Positions 1-9,596 of a stretch of 64,000 nucleotides of DNA are shown piece by piece. The stretch spans positions 157,867 to 221,866 of the forward strand of contig JBEKNB010000002.1 of assembly GCA_049523255.1 (NCBI GenBank), given 5' to 3'. Numbering within the stretch: the first letter of the stretch is position 1; each line of letters opens with the position of its first letter. The translations under genes were made by a program, and so were the position numbers. Under the pieces are notes generated by a model that did no database searches, was not told where the DNA came from, and worked only from the letters and a program-made list of their open reading frames with translations. The DNA is from Candidatus Acidiferrales bacterium. GTDB taxonomy: Bacteria; Acidobacteriota; Terriglobia; Acidiferrales; UBA7541.

Positions 1-330
1 TTCATCGGCGCTTTCGACGTGCCGTCGAAGGTGACGGACTACGTCTACCGGTGCCGTTTCTCGCACTGCTGGAACGGCATCGCGACGCGCCACAGCGACA
101 CGATGGACTGCAAGTTCTTCGTCGACGGCAAGCGAGTGGTGCTCGGGCTGGCGCACACGGGATTCGTCGCGTTTCGCGAGCGCGCCGGGCGGAACCTGAG
201 CGACCGCGAGGCAAGCTACATCGGCGCCGAGTATCTCCGCGAGCGGCTCGAGCAGGAAGACGAGCACTCGCTCTACGACGTTTCCGCGAGCGACGTTCTC
301 CGGATCATCGACGGGCTTGGGATTCACTAG
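1..330 (+). CDS. hypothetical protein, C-terminal part (open to left window edge)
   Basis: Frame 1 is open from base 1 to TAG at 328-330. The composition looks protein-like. I recognise no family. Confidence 0.5.
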   Translation, partial: FIGAFDVPSKVTDYVYRCRFSHCWNGIATRHSDTMDCKFFVDGKRVVLGLAHTGFVAFRERAGRNLSDREASYIGAEYLRERLEQEDEHSLYDVSASDVLRIIDGLGIH

Positions 331-366
331 AAGCTGTCCGGTTCCCTGACATCCCATCTTTTGTAA

Positions 367-491
367 CGCCCAAGAGAGATTCTTCGACTGCGCGTCCCGG
401 CCCGGAGATTGACAAAACCAATCTCCGGGGAAGAAAAAGCGCCGGGACGCTCCGCTCAGAATGACCCGCGGGTGCTGGCGGGCGAGAACGG
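367..491 (+). repeat. structured intergenic repeat, family A, copy 1
   Basis: Conserved ends CGCCCAAGAGAGATTCTTCGAC ... GCTCCGCTCAGAATGAC plus a GGCGAGAACG tail shared with copy 2. Inner perfect 10-bp hairpin CCGGAGATTG/CAATCTCCGG (402-428) sits inside an outer stem GCGTCCCGGC/GCCGGGACGC. It lies between convergent gene ends. Confidence 0.8.
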
Positions 492-575
492 AGTCATTGA
501 TGCGCGCTTCGTACGGTCGATCTGAATGTCGGAGCTAGCTCCCCCCTAAAAACCGGAGTTTTGCTTGCCAACCCG

Positions 576-2426
576 TCACGAACGGGTTGCGTTTGCGCCG
601 CGCCACGCGGCGAGCCAGCCGTGTTCGCGGACGCCTTCTTCCTCGATCTGCCGAGTCCACGCGCCCAAGATATTCGAGCGATTCAGATAACCGACCATCG
701 TCTGCGGATTGGCGCGCGCGACCACGGGCAGCCGGCCGATGTTATTCCGCAACATGCGATGGAGCGCGTCGGCGACGAGATCATCCGGATAGGTGACGAT
801 GGGCGCGCTGGATCCGGCCTCAAGAACCGTAAGCTGTCCCTCGGGATCATTTTCAAGTGCGCGCAGAAGATCGCCGTGCGTGACGATTCCGGCGAGGCGG
901 CCATCGTTTGTGACAATGGGGAGTCCTTCCGCGAGGTTCAACGTAGGCTCGTTGCGCGACGCTTGTTCGGCACGCCGCGCGTCATGGCCGATGCGGCGGG
1001 CCAACTCCGCGACGGTCATGTCAGCAGGAATCGGCTGGACGTCTTTCCTCATTATGTTGGCTACACGGACGATATGGAGCACGCTGGCTTCGTATTCGCC
1101 GGGAACGTGGAGACCGCGCCGGGCCAGTTTTTCCGTCATGATCGAGGTGGGCAGATAGCGGAGGGCGATTAAGTCCGCAATCACGCAGCCGAGCATCAGC
1201 GGAAGGATGGCGTTGTAATCGCGAGTAATTTCGAACGCGAAGACGACGAAGGCGAACGTGGCGCGCGAAGCGGCGCCGAAGACCGCGGCCATGGCGACCA
1301 GCGCGTACGCTCCGGGCGAAAGGTGCGCGGCCGGGAAGATGAGGTTCACGACCATGGCAAAGACTCCGCCGAGCGCCGCGCTCGACATGAACATCGGCGC
1401 GAGCAGGCCGCCTGAAGTCCCCGAACCGAGCGAGATGACGAGGGCGAGCGCCTTGAAGACCGCGATCAGGATGAGCAGCTTCAGCGCAAGATTGTCGTTA
1501 AGGATGTCCGAGATCGTATCGTAGCCGACGCCGAGGACGCGCGGGATGAAGAAGCCAATGATTCCGAGCCCGAGCGCACCGATTGCCGGATGCCAGAGAT
1601 CGTTGATGGGCAGGCGATCGAACTGGTCTTCAACCCAATAGAGCAGCTTCGTGAAGCCAATGGCCGCGATGCCGCAGATTACGCCGAGCACGACGTAGAA
1701 GGGCAGGCCGCGCAGGACATTGAAATCCACGTTGCCCATGTTGAACATCGACCGCTGGCCGAGCAGCAGCGCGCGGACGCTCGTGGCGAGAGTGGCCGCG
1801 ATCACGAGAGGAATAAACGAGCGGGAGCGAAACTCGAACAGCAACAGCTCGATGGCCAAGATTACGCCGGCGAGCGGCGTGTTGAACGTGGCAGCCATGC
1901 CCGCTCCCGCGCCGCAGGCGAGCAGCACCTTGCGCTCGGAGGCTGTCGTCGAGATGAACTGTCCCACGAGAGAGCCGAACGCGCCGCCCGTCTGAATGAT
2001 CGGGCCTTCGGCACCGAAGGGACCGCCGGTGCCAATGGCGATTGCGGCGGAAAGCGGCTTGAGGATCGCGACTTTCGCCTCGATGCGGCTGCGGGAAGTA
2101 AGCACCGCTTCCATGGCTTCGGGAATGCCGTGTCCTTTAATTTTTTCCGATCCGTACTTGGCCATGAACCCGACGATCAGGCCGCCGATTACGGGCGTGA
2201 CGATGATCCAGGGCCCAAGAAACGTGTGTTCGGGGCTGCGGAAGCGAAAAGACCACTCGTGGTAGTAAGCGAGGTTCGTGAACAGGCCGATGAGGTCGTA
2301 GAGAAGATAGGCGATGATTCCGGCCAGGATGCCGACGAGCGCCGCCAGAAGCGAGATGTACTCGATGCGGAAGCCGGGGGGAGTCGCGAGTTCGCCGCGC
2401 GTTACCGGGCCTACGGAAGATGCCAC
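576..2426 (-). CDS. ClC-family chloride channel/transporter with C-terminal CBS pair
   Basis: 616-aa ORF with many hydrophobic helices. ClC motifs are present: KGHGIPE, GPFGAEGP and GSGTSGGLLAPMF. The C-terminal region is CBS-like. Confidence 0.9.
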   Translation of the reverse strand: MASSVGPVTRGELATPPGFRIEYISLLAALVGILAGIIAYLLYDLIGLFTNLAYYHEWSFRFRSPEHTFLGPWIIVTPVIGGLIVGFMAKYGSEKIKGHGIPEAMEAVLTSRSRIEAKVAILKPLSAAIAIGTGGPFGAEGPIIQTGGAFGSLVGQFISTTASERKVLLACGAGAGMAATFNTPLAGVILAIELLLFEFRSRSFIPLVIAATLATSVRALLLGQRSMFNMGNVDFNVLRGLPFYVVLGVICGIAAIGFTKLLYWVEDQFDRLPINDLWHPAIGALGLGIIGFFIPRVLGVGYDTISDILNDNLALKLLILIAVFKALALVISLGSGTSGGLLAPMFMSSAALGGVFAMVVNLIFPAAHLSPGAYALVAMAAVFGAASRATFAFVVFAFEITRDYNAILPLMLGCVIADLIALRYLPTSIMTEKLARRGLHVPGEYEASVLHIVRVANIMRKDVQPIPADMTVAELARRIGHDARRAEQASRNEPTLNLAEGLPIVTNDGRLAGIVTHGDLLRALENDPEGQLTVLEAGSSAPIVTYPDDLVADALHRMLRNNIGRLPVVARANPQTMVGYLNRSNILGAWTRQIEEEGVREHGWLAAWRGANATRS

Positions 2427-2887
2427 GAAGAAGTCCTCCCTGTGCGTTTGCGACGGGTAGCTTCCGAACTATCGCGCGCGATGACCGAACGGAGTGCTTC
2501 GATCAGTTTGGGGCCGGCCGCGCTCAGTTCGTTCCGATGGGCAAGGGACAAGCGCTTGAGCAGTTTTTCGCCGCGGGGCATGAGTTCGAGCAGAACTTCC
2601 CGGCGGTCGGATTGTCCGCGCGCGCGCGCGATCCACTTGCGGACCTCGAGCCTGCGGCTCAATTCGACGGCACTGTGATGGCGGATCTGGAGGCGCCCGG
2701 CCAGGAAGCCGATCGTCGCCTTCGACCCGGGCGGCAGGCCCTTGATGGCGAGCAGTGCCTGGTGCTGCTGGGGCTCAATGCCGGCAGCGCGCGCGGCGCG
2801 TTCGCTGAAATTCAGGAAGCGGCGGATTTCAAAGCGGAAGTCGGCCAAAGCCGCGTAGTCGATTCCGGGTGCTCGTGTTTTCTCCAT
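2411..2887 (-). CDS. MarR-family transcriptional regulator
   Basis: 158 aa with a winged-helix MarR-like core (QHQALLAIKGLP...IGFLAGRLQIRHHSAVELSRRLE). Its stop overlaps the ClC start by 16 nt, which suggests an operon. Confidence 0.8.
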   Translation of the reverse strand: MEKTRAPGIDYAALADFRFEIRRFLNFSERAARAAGIEPQQHQALLAIKGLPPGSKATIGFLAGRLQIRHHSAVELSRRLEVRKWIARARGQSDRREVLLELMPRGEKLLKRLSLAHRNELSAAGPKLIEALRSVIARDSSEATRRKRTGRTSSWHLP

Positions 2888-2895
2888 GGACTTTA

Positions 2896-2916
2896 TTATA
2901 TCGTATTACGATGTAA
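2896..2916. promoter_or_regulatory. palindromic operator-like site upstream of the MarR gene
   Basis: TTATATCGTA-T-TACGATGTAA has 10-nt inverted arms with one mismatch (perfect core ATCGTA-T-TACGAT at 2900-2912). It lies 9-29 nt upstream of the MarR start codon in an AT-rich patch. Confidence 0.45.
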
Positions 2917-3173
2917 ATATGCGACGACATCAGGCGAGCAAATGAAAAGCAGGTTCCTCGTCGCCCCCGCGGGCTCCTCGGAATGACAGCTGGTTGTTTG
3001 TCGGGGTGGACGGACGGGGATGCCGGGCTACTCGACGCACGGTCCGAGTTGGTGGGCCGCATTGCGCCAAGCATCTTCGCCGGGCACAGCACGCTGTGCG
3101 CCTACGAGGAGAAAACCAACGGCGGTGAGGGCGGCGGAACAAAGGGGACGCGGCGGAGATGCGCGAGCAGAAG

Positions 3174-3216
3174 CCTCAGGTCTTTCCGGCGAAGAATCAG
3201 CCGGAAAGACCTGAGG
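3174..3216 (-). terminator. hairpin downstream of the PQQ-dehydrogenase gene
   Basis: Perfect 17-bp inverted repeat CCTCAGGTCTTTCCGGC / GCCGGAAAGACCTGAGG with a 9-nt loop, 25 nt past the stop codon. There is no clean U-tract on the minus strand. Confidence 0.45.
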
Positions 3217-3240
3217 TACATTTCAATCCAGCGCACGGCG

Positions 3241-5115
3241 TTAGGGCAAGGCGAAGACGTACACGCTGTCGACGGCGACGATGGCGACGTACTGCTTGCC
3301 GCTCTTGCCCTGATAGCTCATCGGGTTGGCGTTGGCGTTTTTCCCGAGGTCGGTAACCCAGAGTTCCTTGCCCGTCTTCGAATCAACGGCACGGAAGCGA
3401 TTGTCCGGCGTTGCGCCGATGAACACCAAGCCGCCCGCCGTCGCGATGGGGCCGGCACTGCCACCACCGCCGGTATTCTGCTTGCCTGGAGGCAGGCCCG
3501 GGGTAATGCCGATTACCGACTGCCAGGCGATGTCGCCGGTGTTTGCGTTGATCGCATACAGGCGCCCCCAGGGTGGTTTCTGGCAGGGCCAGTTTCCGAT
3601 CACCTTGCTGTTGGCGTCCTTCACTACCGCGCTGAAGCTGAAATAGGGGCCCGGGCCGTCGACACTTCCCCGGTCATATACTTGCGTCGAACCTTCGTTG
3701 CCCCGGCCGTACACCAGACCGGCCTTTTTCTTCTCGAGCCAACCGATGAGCGACATGTCGTGCGTTTGCACGAAGACGTAGCCTGTCGTCGGATCGGTTG
3801 CTACGCCACCCCAATTGGTGCCGCCCGTTCCGCCGGGGAACTGGATCGTGGTCTTTGGCGGGGTGCCCTCTTCGTGGTAGAGCCAACCCGTAAAAGGCCC
3901 GGCGTTGTAGAAACTCCCGCCGCTCTTTGCGAGCAAGTCCTGGCAGGCCTTGACGTGCTCCGGAGTTGTGTCGTCAGCCGTGACAATATCCTCCGGCTTG
4001 TAGCTCATGCGAGCGAGCGGAGGGGGTTTCAAGGGGAACGGCTCGGTGGGTGAATACCATTCGCCGGGCACATCGCCCTTGGCAACGGGGCGTTCTTCGA
4101 CGCCAAACACGGGCTTGCCGGTTTCGCGGTTGAGGATGAACATCAAGCCGGTCTTGCCGATCGCGACGAGCGCGGGAATTTCCTTGCCGTGCTGTTTGAT
4201 ATCGACGAATCCGGGACCGGGCGGGAGATCCTGGTCCCACAAGTCGTGATGGATGGTCTGGAAATACCACTTCAGTTTTCCGGTGTCGGCATCGACAGCG
4301 ACGATGGAATTGCCGAACAGATTGGCGCCGGGGCGATCTCCGCCATAGTAGTTGGGCGAAGGCCCGCCGATGGGCATGTAGAGGAGATTGCGTTTCTCAT
4401 CGACGGTCATGTACCAGCCCCAGACGTTCGTGCCCGAGCGGCCCTTCCAGCCGTCGTCCAACCACGTTTCGTGACCCACTTCGCCCGGCTGGGGAACTGA
4501 ATGGAAAGTCCAAAGAAGCGCGCCCGTGCGCGCATCGAGCGCGCGCGTATCGCCCGGAGGCCCGATGGGCAGTTCACCGACGCTCGCTCCCAGGAAAACA
4601 AGATTCTTGTAAATCGTGGGAACGCCGTTGTAACCGACGGTGAGTTCGACCACGCCGTCCTTGCCGAAGGTGGGCACGATCTTGCCGGTGGCGGCGTCGA
4701 GAGCAATCACCTTGCGGCTAAAGGTGGTGAAGATGATGCGTGGAGGATTGTCCTTGTCGCCGGGCCAGTAGGCAACGCCGCGCGTGGGCCCTTGAGCGAC
4801 ATCATAGCGCCAGATTTCCTTTCCGGAATCGGCGTCGAGCGCGAAGACGTGCCCCGTGCCGGGTATATACATCACGCCATTGACGACAATCGGCGTGACT
4901 TCGAGGCCGCCGCGTTCCGACAATGTGAAAGACCAAGCCTGCGCAAGCTTCGCGACGTTGTCCGCGTTGATTTGCTTCAGCGGCGAATAGCCCGTGCCGC
5001 CCAGATCGCGGCGATACATCGGCCAATCAGCGGCATTCTGCGCCCTGCCGGACGGCGCAAGAAGCACCAGGAGCATAGACACACAAGCCAGTTTAAGAAT
5101 CCATTTGAAACGCAT
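3241..5115 (-). CDS. PQQ-dependent (quinoprotein) dehydrogenase, exported
   Basis: 624 aa. A signal peptide is followed by DWPMYRRDLGGTGYSPL and repeated W-containing propeller blades, as in quinoprotein glucose/alcohol dehydrogenases. Confidence 0.8.
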   Translation of the reverse strand: MRFKWILKLACVSMLLVLLAPSGRAQNAADWPMYRRDLGGTGYSPLKQINADNVAKLAQAWSFTLSERGGLEVTPIVVNGVMYIPGTGHVFALDADSGKEIWRYDVAQGPTRGVAYWPGDKDNPPRIIFTTFSRKVIALDAATGKIVPTFGKDGVVELTVGYNGVPTIYKNLVFLGASVGELPIGPPGDTRALDARTGALLWTFHSVPQPGEVGHETWLDDGWKGRSGTNVWGWYMTVDEKRNLLYMPIGGPSPNYYGGDRPGANLFGNSIVAVDADTGKLKWYFQTIHHDLWDQDLPPGPGFVDIKQHGKEIPALVAIGKTGLMFILNRETGKPVFGVEERPVAKGDVPGEWYSPTEPFPLKPPPLARMSYKPEDIVTADDTTPEHVKACQDLLAKSGGSFYNAGPFTGWLYHEEGTPPKTTIQFPGGTGGTNWGGVATDPTTGYVFVQTHDMSLIGWLEKKKAGLVYGRGNEGSTQVYDRGSVDGPGPYFSFSAVVKDANSKVIGNWPCQKPPWGRLYAINANTGDIAWQSVIGITPGLPPGKQNTGGGGSAGPIATAGGLVFIGATPDNRFRAVDSKTGKELWVTDLGKNANANPMSYQGKSGKQYVAIVAVDSVYVFALP

Positions 5116-5229
5116 TAATCGACTCCCCCCGAGAAAAGGCGCGACGTCCCCGTACCTTCCTTAACAGCCGGTGAGAAATGTACAACGGAAGCGGCGATTT
5201 TGCCAATGCGGCGTGGGGCCGCCGGGTAC

Positions 5230-5823
5230 TCAGCGAAAGAGGCGAGGTAAGAAGGCGGGGACGCGGCGCGCGTAGTCATCGAACGCCGCGCCGAATGTTT
5301 CGCGGAGGAGTCTCTCTTCCGCGCGGACGCGAATTGCTGTACCGGCGAGGAAGACGACAAGCCCGCCGAGGAGGGCCTGCCACCGGCTCACGGCGAGAGC
5401 CGAGGCCAGATACATCCCGAGCATCGACAGATAGATCGGATTGCGCACGATGGCGTAAGGCCCGGTGGTGACCAGTTCATGTCCTTCGATGACGCGGGCG
5501 ACGAGCGCCCACTGCTTGCCGAGCGTGCGTGCGGCAGCCCAGCAAAGCCACACGGAAGCAATTACGAGCGCAACGGTCATGCCGGTGAGGAGCTCTTCGG
5601 CAGGCTTCGACATTGGAAGAAACGGCGAGAAGTATCTCCGGAAAAATCCGAAACAGATCGCGTAACCGGAACCTTGCAACAGCATACCCAAGGTGGATTT
5701 CACGTCGCGCTTTGCTATGCCGCTGGCGGAGCCTCGCTTGCCCAGGATGAGGATGATGACGAAGCCAAGCCAGCCCGCGAGCACGACGAAATACGCGAGT
5801 TCGGCCAGCGGGTCGGAGAGCAC
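5230..5823 (-). CDS. isoprenylcysteine carboxyl / phospholipid methyltransferase-family membrane protein
   Basis: 197 aa, multi-TM, with a C-terminal GPYAIVRNPIYLSMLG motif typical of the ICMT/PEMT family. Confidence 0.7.
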   Translation of the reverse strand: MLSDPLAELAYFVVLAGWLGFVIILILGKRGSASGIAKRDVKSTLGMLLQGSGYAICFGFFRRYFSPFLPMSKPAEELLTGMTVALVIASVWLCWAAARTLGKQWALVARVIEGHELVTTGPYAIVRNPIYLSMLGMYLASALAVSRWQALLGGLVVFLAGTAIRVRAEERLLRETFGAAFDDYARRVPAFLPRLFR

Positions 5824-5836
5824 CCTGCGCGCTCCT

Positions 5837-6310
5837 TTATCGCAAAGCTTTTTTCAGAATGGCGATTTGTCCGGCGTGATAGAGGTCGTGCTGAATAATG
5901 CCGTGCAGAACGGTGTAGCGGGAGACGGTGCTCCCCGGAGGGTTTTCCGGCAACTGACTGTCTTTCAGTCCGGCCGCAACCTTACGCAAGCGGGCGCGGC
6001 TATCGGTCAGGCTCTCGAGGGCGCGCTTCCAGGCAACCTCGTTCACTTCCCAGACAGGAGGCCAATCGCGCTCGGTTGTGATCTCAACCGTCTCCCCTTC
6101 GAGCCGCTGCTTCACGATCGTGTTCCACGAACCGATGTGGTGCACGAGCTCCCAAATCGAGTGCGCCCCGCTGACGGCGTGCTTCGAGGCGTTTTCGGCC
6201 GACACTCCGTCGAGGAGTTGCATCAAGGACGGGCCGTGCCAGGCTTCGCCGGAAAACGCTCGATCCATCTGGTCGAGGATTCTTGCGATTTCGCTCATGG
6301 TGTACTCCAA
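5837..6310 (-). CDS. DinB-family protein
   Basis: 157 aa with a four-helix DinB-like pattern: WHGPSL, conserved His positions (HHIGSW, YHAGQI). Confidence 0.7.
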   Translation of the reverse strand: MEYTMSEIARILDQMDRAFSGEAWHGPSLMQLLDGVSAENASKHAVSGAHSIWELVHHIGSWNTIVKQRLEGETVEITTERDWPPVWEVNEVAWKRALESLTDSRARLRKVAAGLKDSQLPENPPGSTVSRYTVLHGIIQHDLYHAGQIAILKKALR

Positions 6311-6358
6311 GGAAAAGCGTAAAGCAGGCGGTGCGGCATAGCAAGCGCCCCGAGGAAT

Positions 6359-6808
6359 CTAGAAGAGCTTGTCGGAGTCGAGGAGGATGGTGACGGGGCC
6401 GTCGTTTGTGAGTTCGACCGACATGTGCGCCTGAAACACGCCGGTTTCGACGCGAACGCCGAGCGCCTTCAACGCGCGGACGAATTCTTCGTAGAGCGCC
6501 TTGCCCTGCTCGGGCGGAGCGGCCTGGACGAAGCTCGGGCGACGCTGGCCGCGCGCGTCGCCATAGAGCGTGAACTGCGAGACGGCAAGAATGGCGCCGC
6601 CTGCGTCGAGGAGCGAGCGATTTATCTTGCCCTGTTCATCATTGAAGATGCGAAGGTGCACGACCTTTTCGGCCATCGACGCCGCCGTGGCTGCCGAGTC
6701 TTCGCGCCCCACAGCGATCAACACAAGAAGCCCTGCTCCGATTTCGCCGGTGACGCGGCCATCCACTGTGACTCGCGCTTGGCTCACTCGTTGTAGGACA
6801 GCTCGCAT
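6359..6808 (-). CDS. dtd: D-aminoacyl-tRNA deacylase
   Basis: 149 aa with [16 protein letters not shown] and [11 protein letters not shown] signatures of Dtd. Confidence 0.95.
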   Translation of the reverse strand: MRAVLQRVSQARVTVDGRVTGEIGAGLLVLIAVGREDSAATAASMAEKVVHLRIFNDEQGKINRSLLDAGGAILAVSQFTLYGDARGQRRPSFVQAAPPEQGKALYEEFVRALKALGVRVETGVFQAHMSVELTNDGPVTILLDSDKLF

Positions 6809-6893
6809 GGTCTGGTGTTGGCGATTCTAACCGACGGATCGCGACTTGTGTTGACTGGGAGCGACGCATACGATTGGGAGCGGTCGCGACGAC

Positions 6894-8132
6894 ATGAGTG
6901 AAACTTCCCGAGCGCGTTCTTCTCCGGCGAAAGGCTGGCTGACCCGCGGAGTGCTGGGAATCGGGCTTGCGAGTCTCTTCTCGGATTGGGGGCACGAAGC
7001 GGCGACGGCGATCCTGCCGGCGTTTCTCGCGAGCCTGGGCGCGCCTGCGGCCGTGCTGGGCGTGATCGAAGGCGTTTCGGACGGGCTATCGAGTTTCGCG
7101 AAGCTGGCGGGCGGCTTCGTCGCGGACCACGCGCCGTGGCGGAAGCCGACGGGCATCGTGGGCTACTGCGCGACGGCGCTGACGACCTTCGGCTACGCAT
7201 TCGCGCAGAGCTGGCCAATGGTGCTGGTCTTGCGCGCGTTCGGCTGGATGGGGCGCGGAAGCCGCGGACCATCGCGCGACGCGCTACTGGCGGATTGCGT
7301 CGCACCCAGCCAGGAGGGACACGCGTTTGGTTTCGAGCGCGCGATGGACACGCTCGGCGCGGTGCTCGGACCGCTCTGTGCCACGATTCTGCTTGGGACG
7401 CTTGGCACGCGAGGAGTGCTGCGCTGGACGCTGCTGCCCGGACTGACCGCCGCAGTGTGCTTCGCGTTTCTGGCGCCCGGCGCGAGGCAAGCCAAAACCC
7501 ACGAAGCGGCGCATCCCTTTTCCAATCTCGCGTCGCGCTTCGCACAGATGCCGAAGACTTACTGGCGATTCCTTGCGGGCGTGTTCGCGCACGGGATTGG
7601 GGATTTTGCGCCGACGCTGCTGATTTTGCGGGCGAGCCAGATTCTCGCGCCACGTTTCGGCGGCGCGCGCGGGGCGACCGTTGCGGTGGGCCTCTACACC
7701 TTTTACAACGTGGTGAACGCGATCGTGTCGTATCCCGCCGGGGCGCTGGGCGATCGCATCGGCAAGCGAGGCTTGCTGGCCACCGGCTACGTGGTCGGAG
7801 CGATCACGTATGCTGGATTTATTCTGGAACGGCCGACGATGCCGGTGCTGGTGGTTCTTTTCGGGCTCGCCGGAGTTCACGGAGCTTTCCAGGCGTCGCT
7901 CGAGAAGTCGCTCGCGGCCGAGCTACTGCCAAACGCGGTGCGCGGGTCAGGTTTCGGCGTGCTGGCAACGGCGAACGGCGTTGGCGACCTGATTTCGAGC
8001 ATCGCCGTGGGGGTGTTGTGGTCGAGCGTAAGCCCCGCGGCGGGATTTCTTTACGCGGGGATTTTCGCCGCAATCGGGGCGGCGCTGGTCTATTCGTCGC
8101 GGGCGGGAGTAGAAGTGATCCCGGTTGGTTGA
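6894..8132 (+). CDS. MFS transporter
   Basis: 412 aa with about 12 hydrophobic helices and an MFS-like loop motif (GALGDRIGKRG). Confidence 0.8.
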   Translation: MSETSRARSSPAKGWLTRGVLGIGLASLFSDWGHEAATAILPAFLASLGAPAAVLGVIEGVSDGLSSFAKLAGGFVADHAPWRKPTGIVGYCATALTTFGYAFAQSWPMVLVLRAFGWMGRGSRGPSRDALLADCVAPSQEGHAFGFERAMDTLGAVLGPLCATILLGTLGTRGVLRWTLLPGLTAAVCFAFLAPGARQAKTHEAAHPFSNLASRFAQMPKTYWRFLAGVFAHGIGDFAPTLLILRASQILAPRFGGARGATVAVGLYTFYNVVNAIVSYPAGALGDRIGKRGLLATGYVVGAITYAGFILERPTMPVLVVLFGLAGVHGAFQASLEKSLAAELLPNAVRGSGFGVLATANGVGDLISSIAVGVLWSSVSPAAGFLYAGIFAAIGAALVYSSRAGVEVIPVG

Positions 8133-8150
8133 CACTCTCACTCGCGGCCG

Positions 8151-8299
8151 CGCCGAAGAGAGATTCTTCCCGACTGCCTCGGGACTGATCGTCGACTGCG
8201 CGTTCCGACCTGGAGATCGAGAAAACCGATCTCCGGAAAAGAATAAGGCATCGGGATGCTCCGCTCAGAATGACGCGTGGGCGGCGTGGGCGAGAACGA
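8151..8299 (+). repeat. structured intergenic repeat, family A, copy 2
   Basis: Same ends as copy 1 (CGCCGAAGAGAGATTCTTC...GCTCCGCTCAGAATGAC, then GGCGAGAACG), with an extra insert of about 23 nt. Inner hairpin CTGGAGATCG/CGATCTCCGG is at 8210-8236. It lies between convergent gene ends. Confidence 0.8.
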
Positions 8300-8361
8300 A
8301 AGCGCTGCCGTCCTGGTAAGAGACCGTTTGATTTGAGGACTTCCAGATTGGCGCGAGGCGG

Positions 8362-9144
8362 CTACAGGGGGAACGAGAGCGGGGTGCCGCGCTCTTCGTT
8401 GATGCGAACGGTTGCGTCGGAATCCAGATCCGAGATGGGAATCGCGCGGCGGTTGCCTTCGGCGGTGATGTAGATAATCCTGTCGTTCGAGCGGGTAAAG
8501 GCCACGGCCTGAATCTGGGAGCCATTGCGAAGCACGAGCGTGAACTGACCGACATCGGGTAGCAGCGCGCCTTCCGGTTCGGCTTCCGGCTCGGATTGCG
8601 CGGCCTCCTCTTGATTTGCGGGCGCCTGCTGCAAAACGATAATTTGCGGCTGTTGTGATTGCTGCTGCGGCGGTTGGTCCGTCTCGTCAGGAAGGTAATA
8701 GCCGCCGCCACCGAGGAGATAGAAACCCGACCCGCCAAAGCCGCCCGTGTCACGCAGAACGCGCTCGGCCGCAGCCAAACGAAGCTGCGTGACGGGATCG
8801 ATGAAAGACTTGACGGCAAGTTCGCTATCGATGGCGGAAAGATACGCGTAATCGAAACCCGGAGGCGGGACAGGATCGAGCAGTTGCTGGAGCGTCATCG
8901 GTGAGCTGGCCCCGAATCCGAATCCATTTGCACCGCCCCCGGAGAAATTCCCGGAAGTGAATGCGTTAGCACGGTGTCGACGGTTTACCGGTCGCGCGCT
9001 GTGCACCGGCCGCGATTGCATGACGGAGGAGGGGCGTGAGATCGAAGTCGAGGCTATTCGCTGCGCGTCCGCAGCAGACGAGCCAATCAGAGAAACTGCG
9101 GCTAGCGCCACCGCGGCGAACCCGATAGGAAGCTTGCGTGTCAT
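8362..9144 (-). CDS. exported hypothetical protein (Q/P-rich middle region)
   Basis: 260 aa with an N-terminal signal peptide (MTRKLPIGFAAVALAAVSLIGSSAADA) and a GAGG-type RBS upstream. I recognise no family. Confidence 0.65.
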   Translation of the reverse strand: MTRKLPIGFAAVALAAVSLIGSSAADAQRIASTSISRPSSVMQSRPVHSARPVNRRHRANAFTSGNFSGGGANGFGFGASSPMTLQQLLDPVPPPGFDYAYLSAIDSELAVKSFIDPVTQLRLAAAERVLRDTGGFGGSGFYLLGGGGYYLPDETDQPPQQQSQQPQIIVLQQAPANQEEAAQSEPEAEPEGALLPDVGQFTLVLRNGSQIQAVAFTRSNDRIIYITAEGNRRAIPISDLDSDATVRINEERGTPLSFPL

Positions 9145-9265
9145 AACCGCCTCGCTTCTGGTTATGAGACGCCCTGACCAGGGGGCGCGGTTGCATCGCC
9201 CGGGGTCGCCGGCCGCCTAGGCGAAGGAGGCTCGCCCAACACATGCGGTTTGCTTTTCCCCGCAC

Positions 9266-9508
9266 GTGGGATGTGCTATAAACAACGCTCCCATGGAGCC
9301 GGAGATGGCCCATTCAGGAATGGCTGCCCCATCGGCCGAAGCGCCAGCAAGGGCGGGCGTTGAGGCGGCCGCAGCGCGAGAAGCCGGGGGGGAACGAGAG
9401 TTCGCTTCGGAATACTGCCCGCGCTGCTCGGCGCGCCTCGCGGCGCGAAGCTGTAAGTTGATCTGTCCGGGTTGCGGGTATTACATGTCCTGCTCGGACT
9501 TTTACTGA
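9266..9508 (+). CDS. small zinc-ribbon protein (start uncertain)
   Basis: The C-terminal CPRC-x11-CPGC pattern (EYCPRCSARLAARSCKLICPGCGYYMSCSDFY) looks like a Cys4 zinc ribbon. Several in-frame starts are possible (9266 GTG, 9293/9305/9317 ATG). No strong RBS. Confidence 0.5.
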   Translation: MGCAINNAPMEPEMAHSGMAAPSAEAPARAGVEAAAAREAGGEREFASEYCPRCSARLAARSCKLICPGCGYYMSCSDFY

Positions 9509-9596
9509 GGGAAGGGCATGCCCCGCCGAGCGCAGCAGGGGTTTTTCGTCCGGGGGACGCAAGAACGAGTTCCAATTCTTCGAGGGAGGCGCGAAC

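Noticed and set aside
1590-2678. 362-aa plus-strand ORF antisense to the ClC and MarR genes
   Set aside because: It has low-complexity Arg/Ala/Asp/Glu composition and is antisense to two confidently recognised genes. It is a high-GC artefact.
6784-8188. Long ORFs (289 aa minus, 400 aa plus) overlapping the MFS transporter gene
   Set aside because: Both are Arg/Pro/Ser/Ala-rich shadow frames. The MFS frame has the expected hydrophobic helix pattern. The plus-frame ORF ends by reading through repeat A (…PKRDSSRLPRD).
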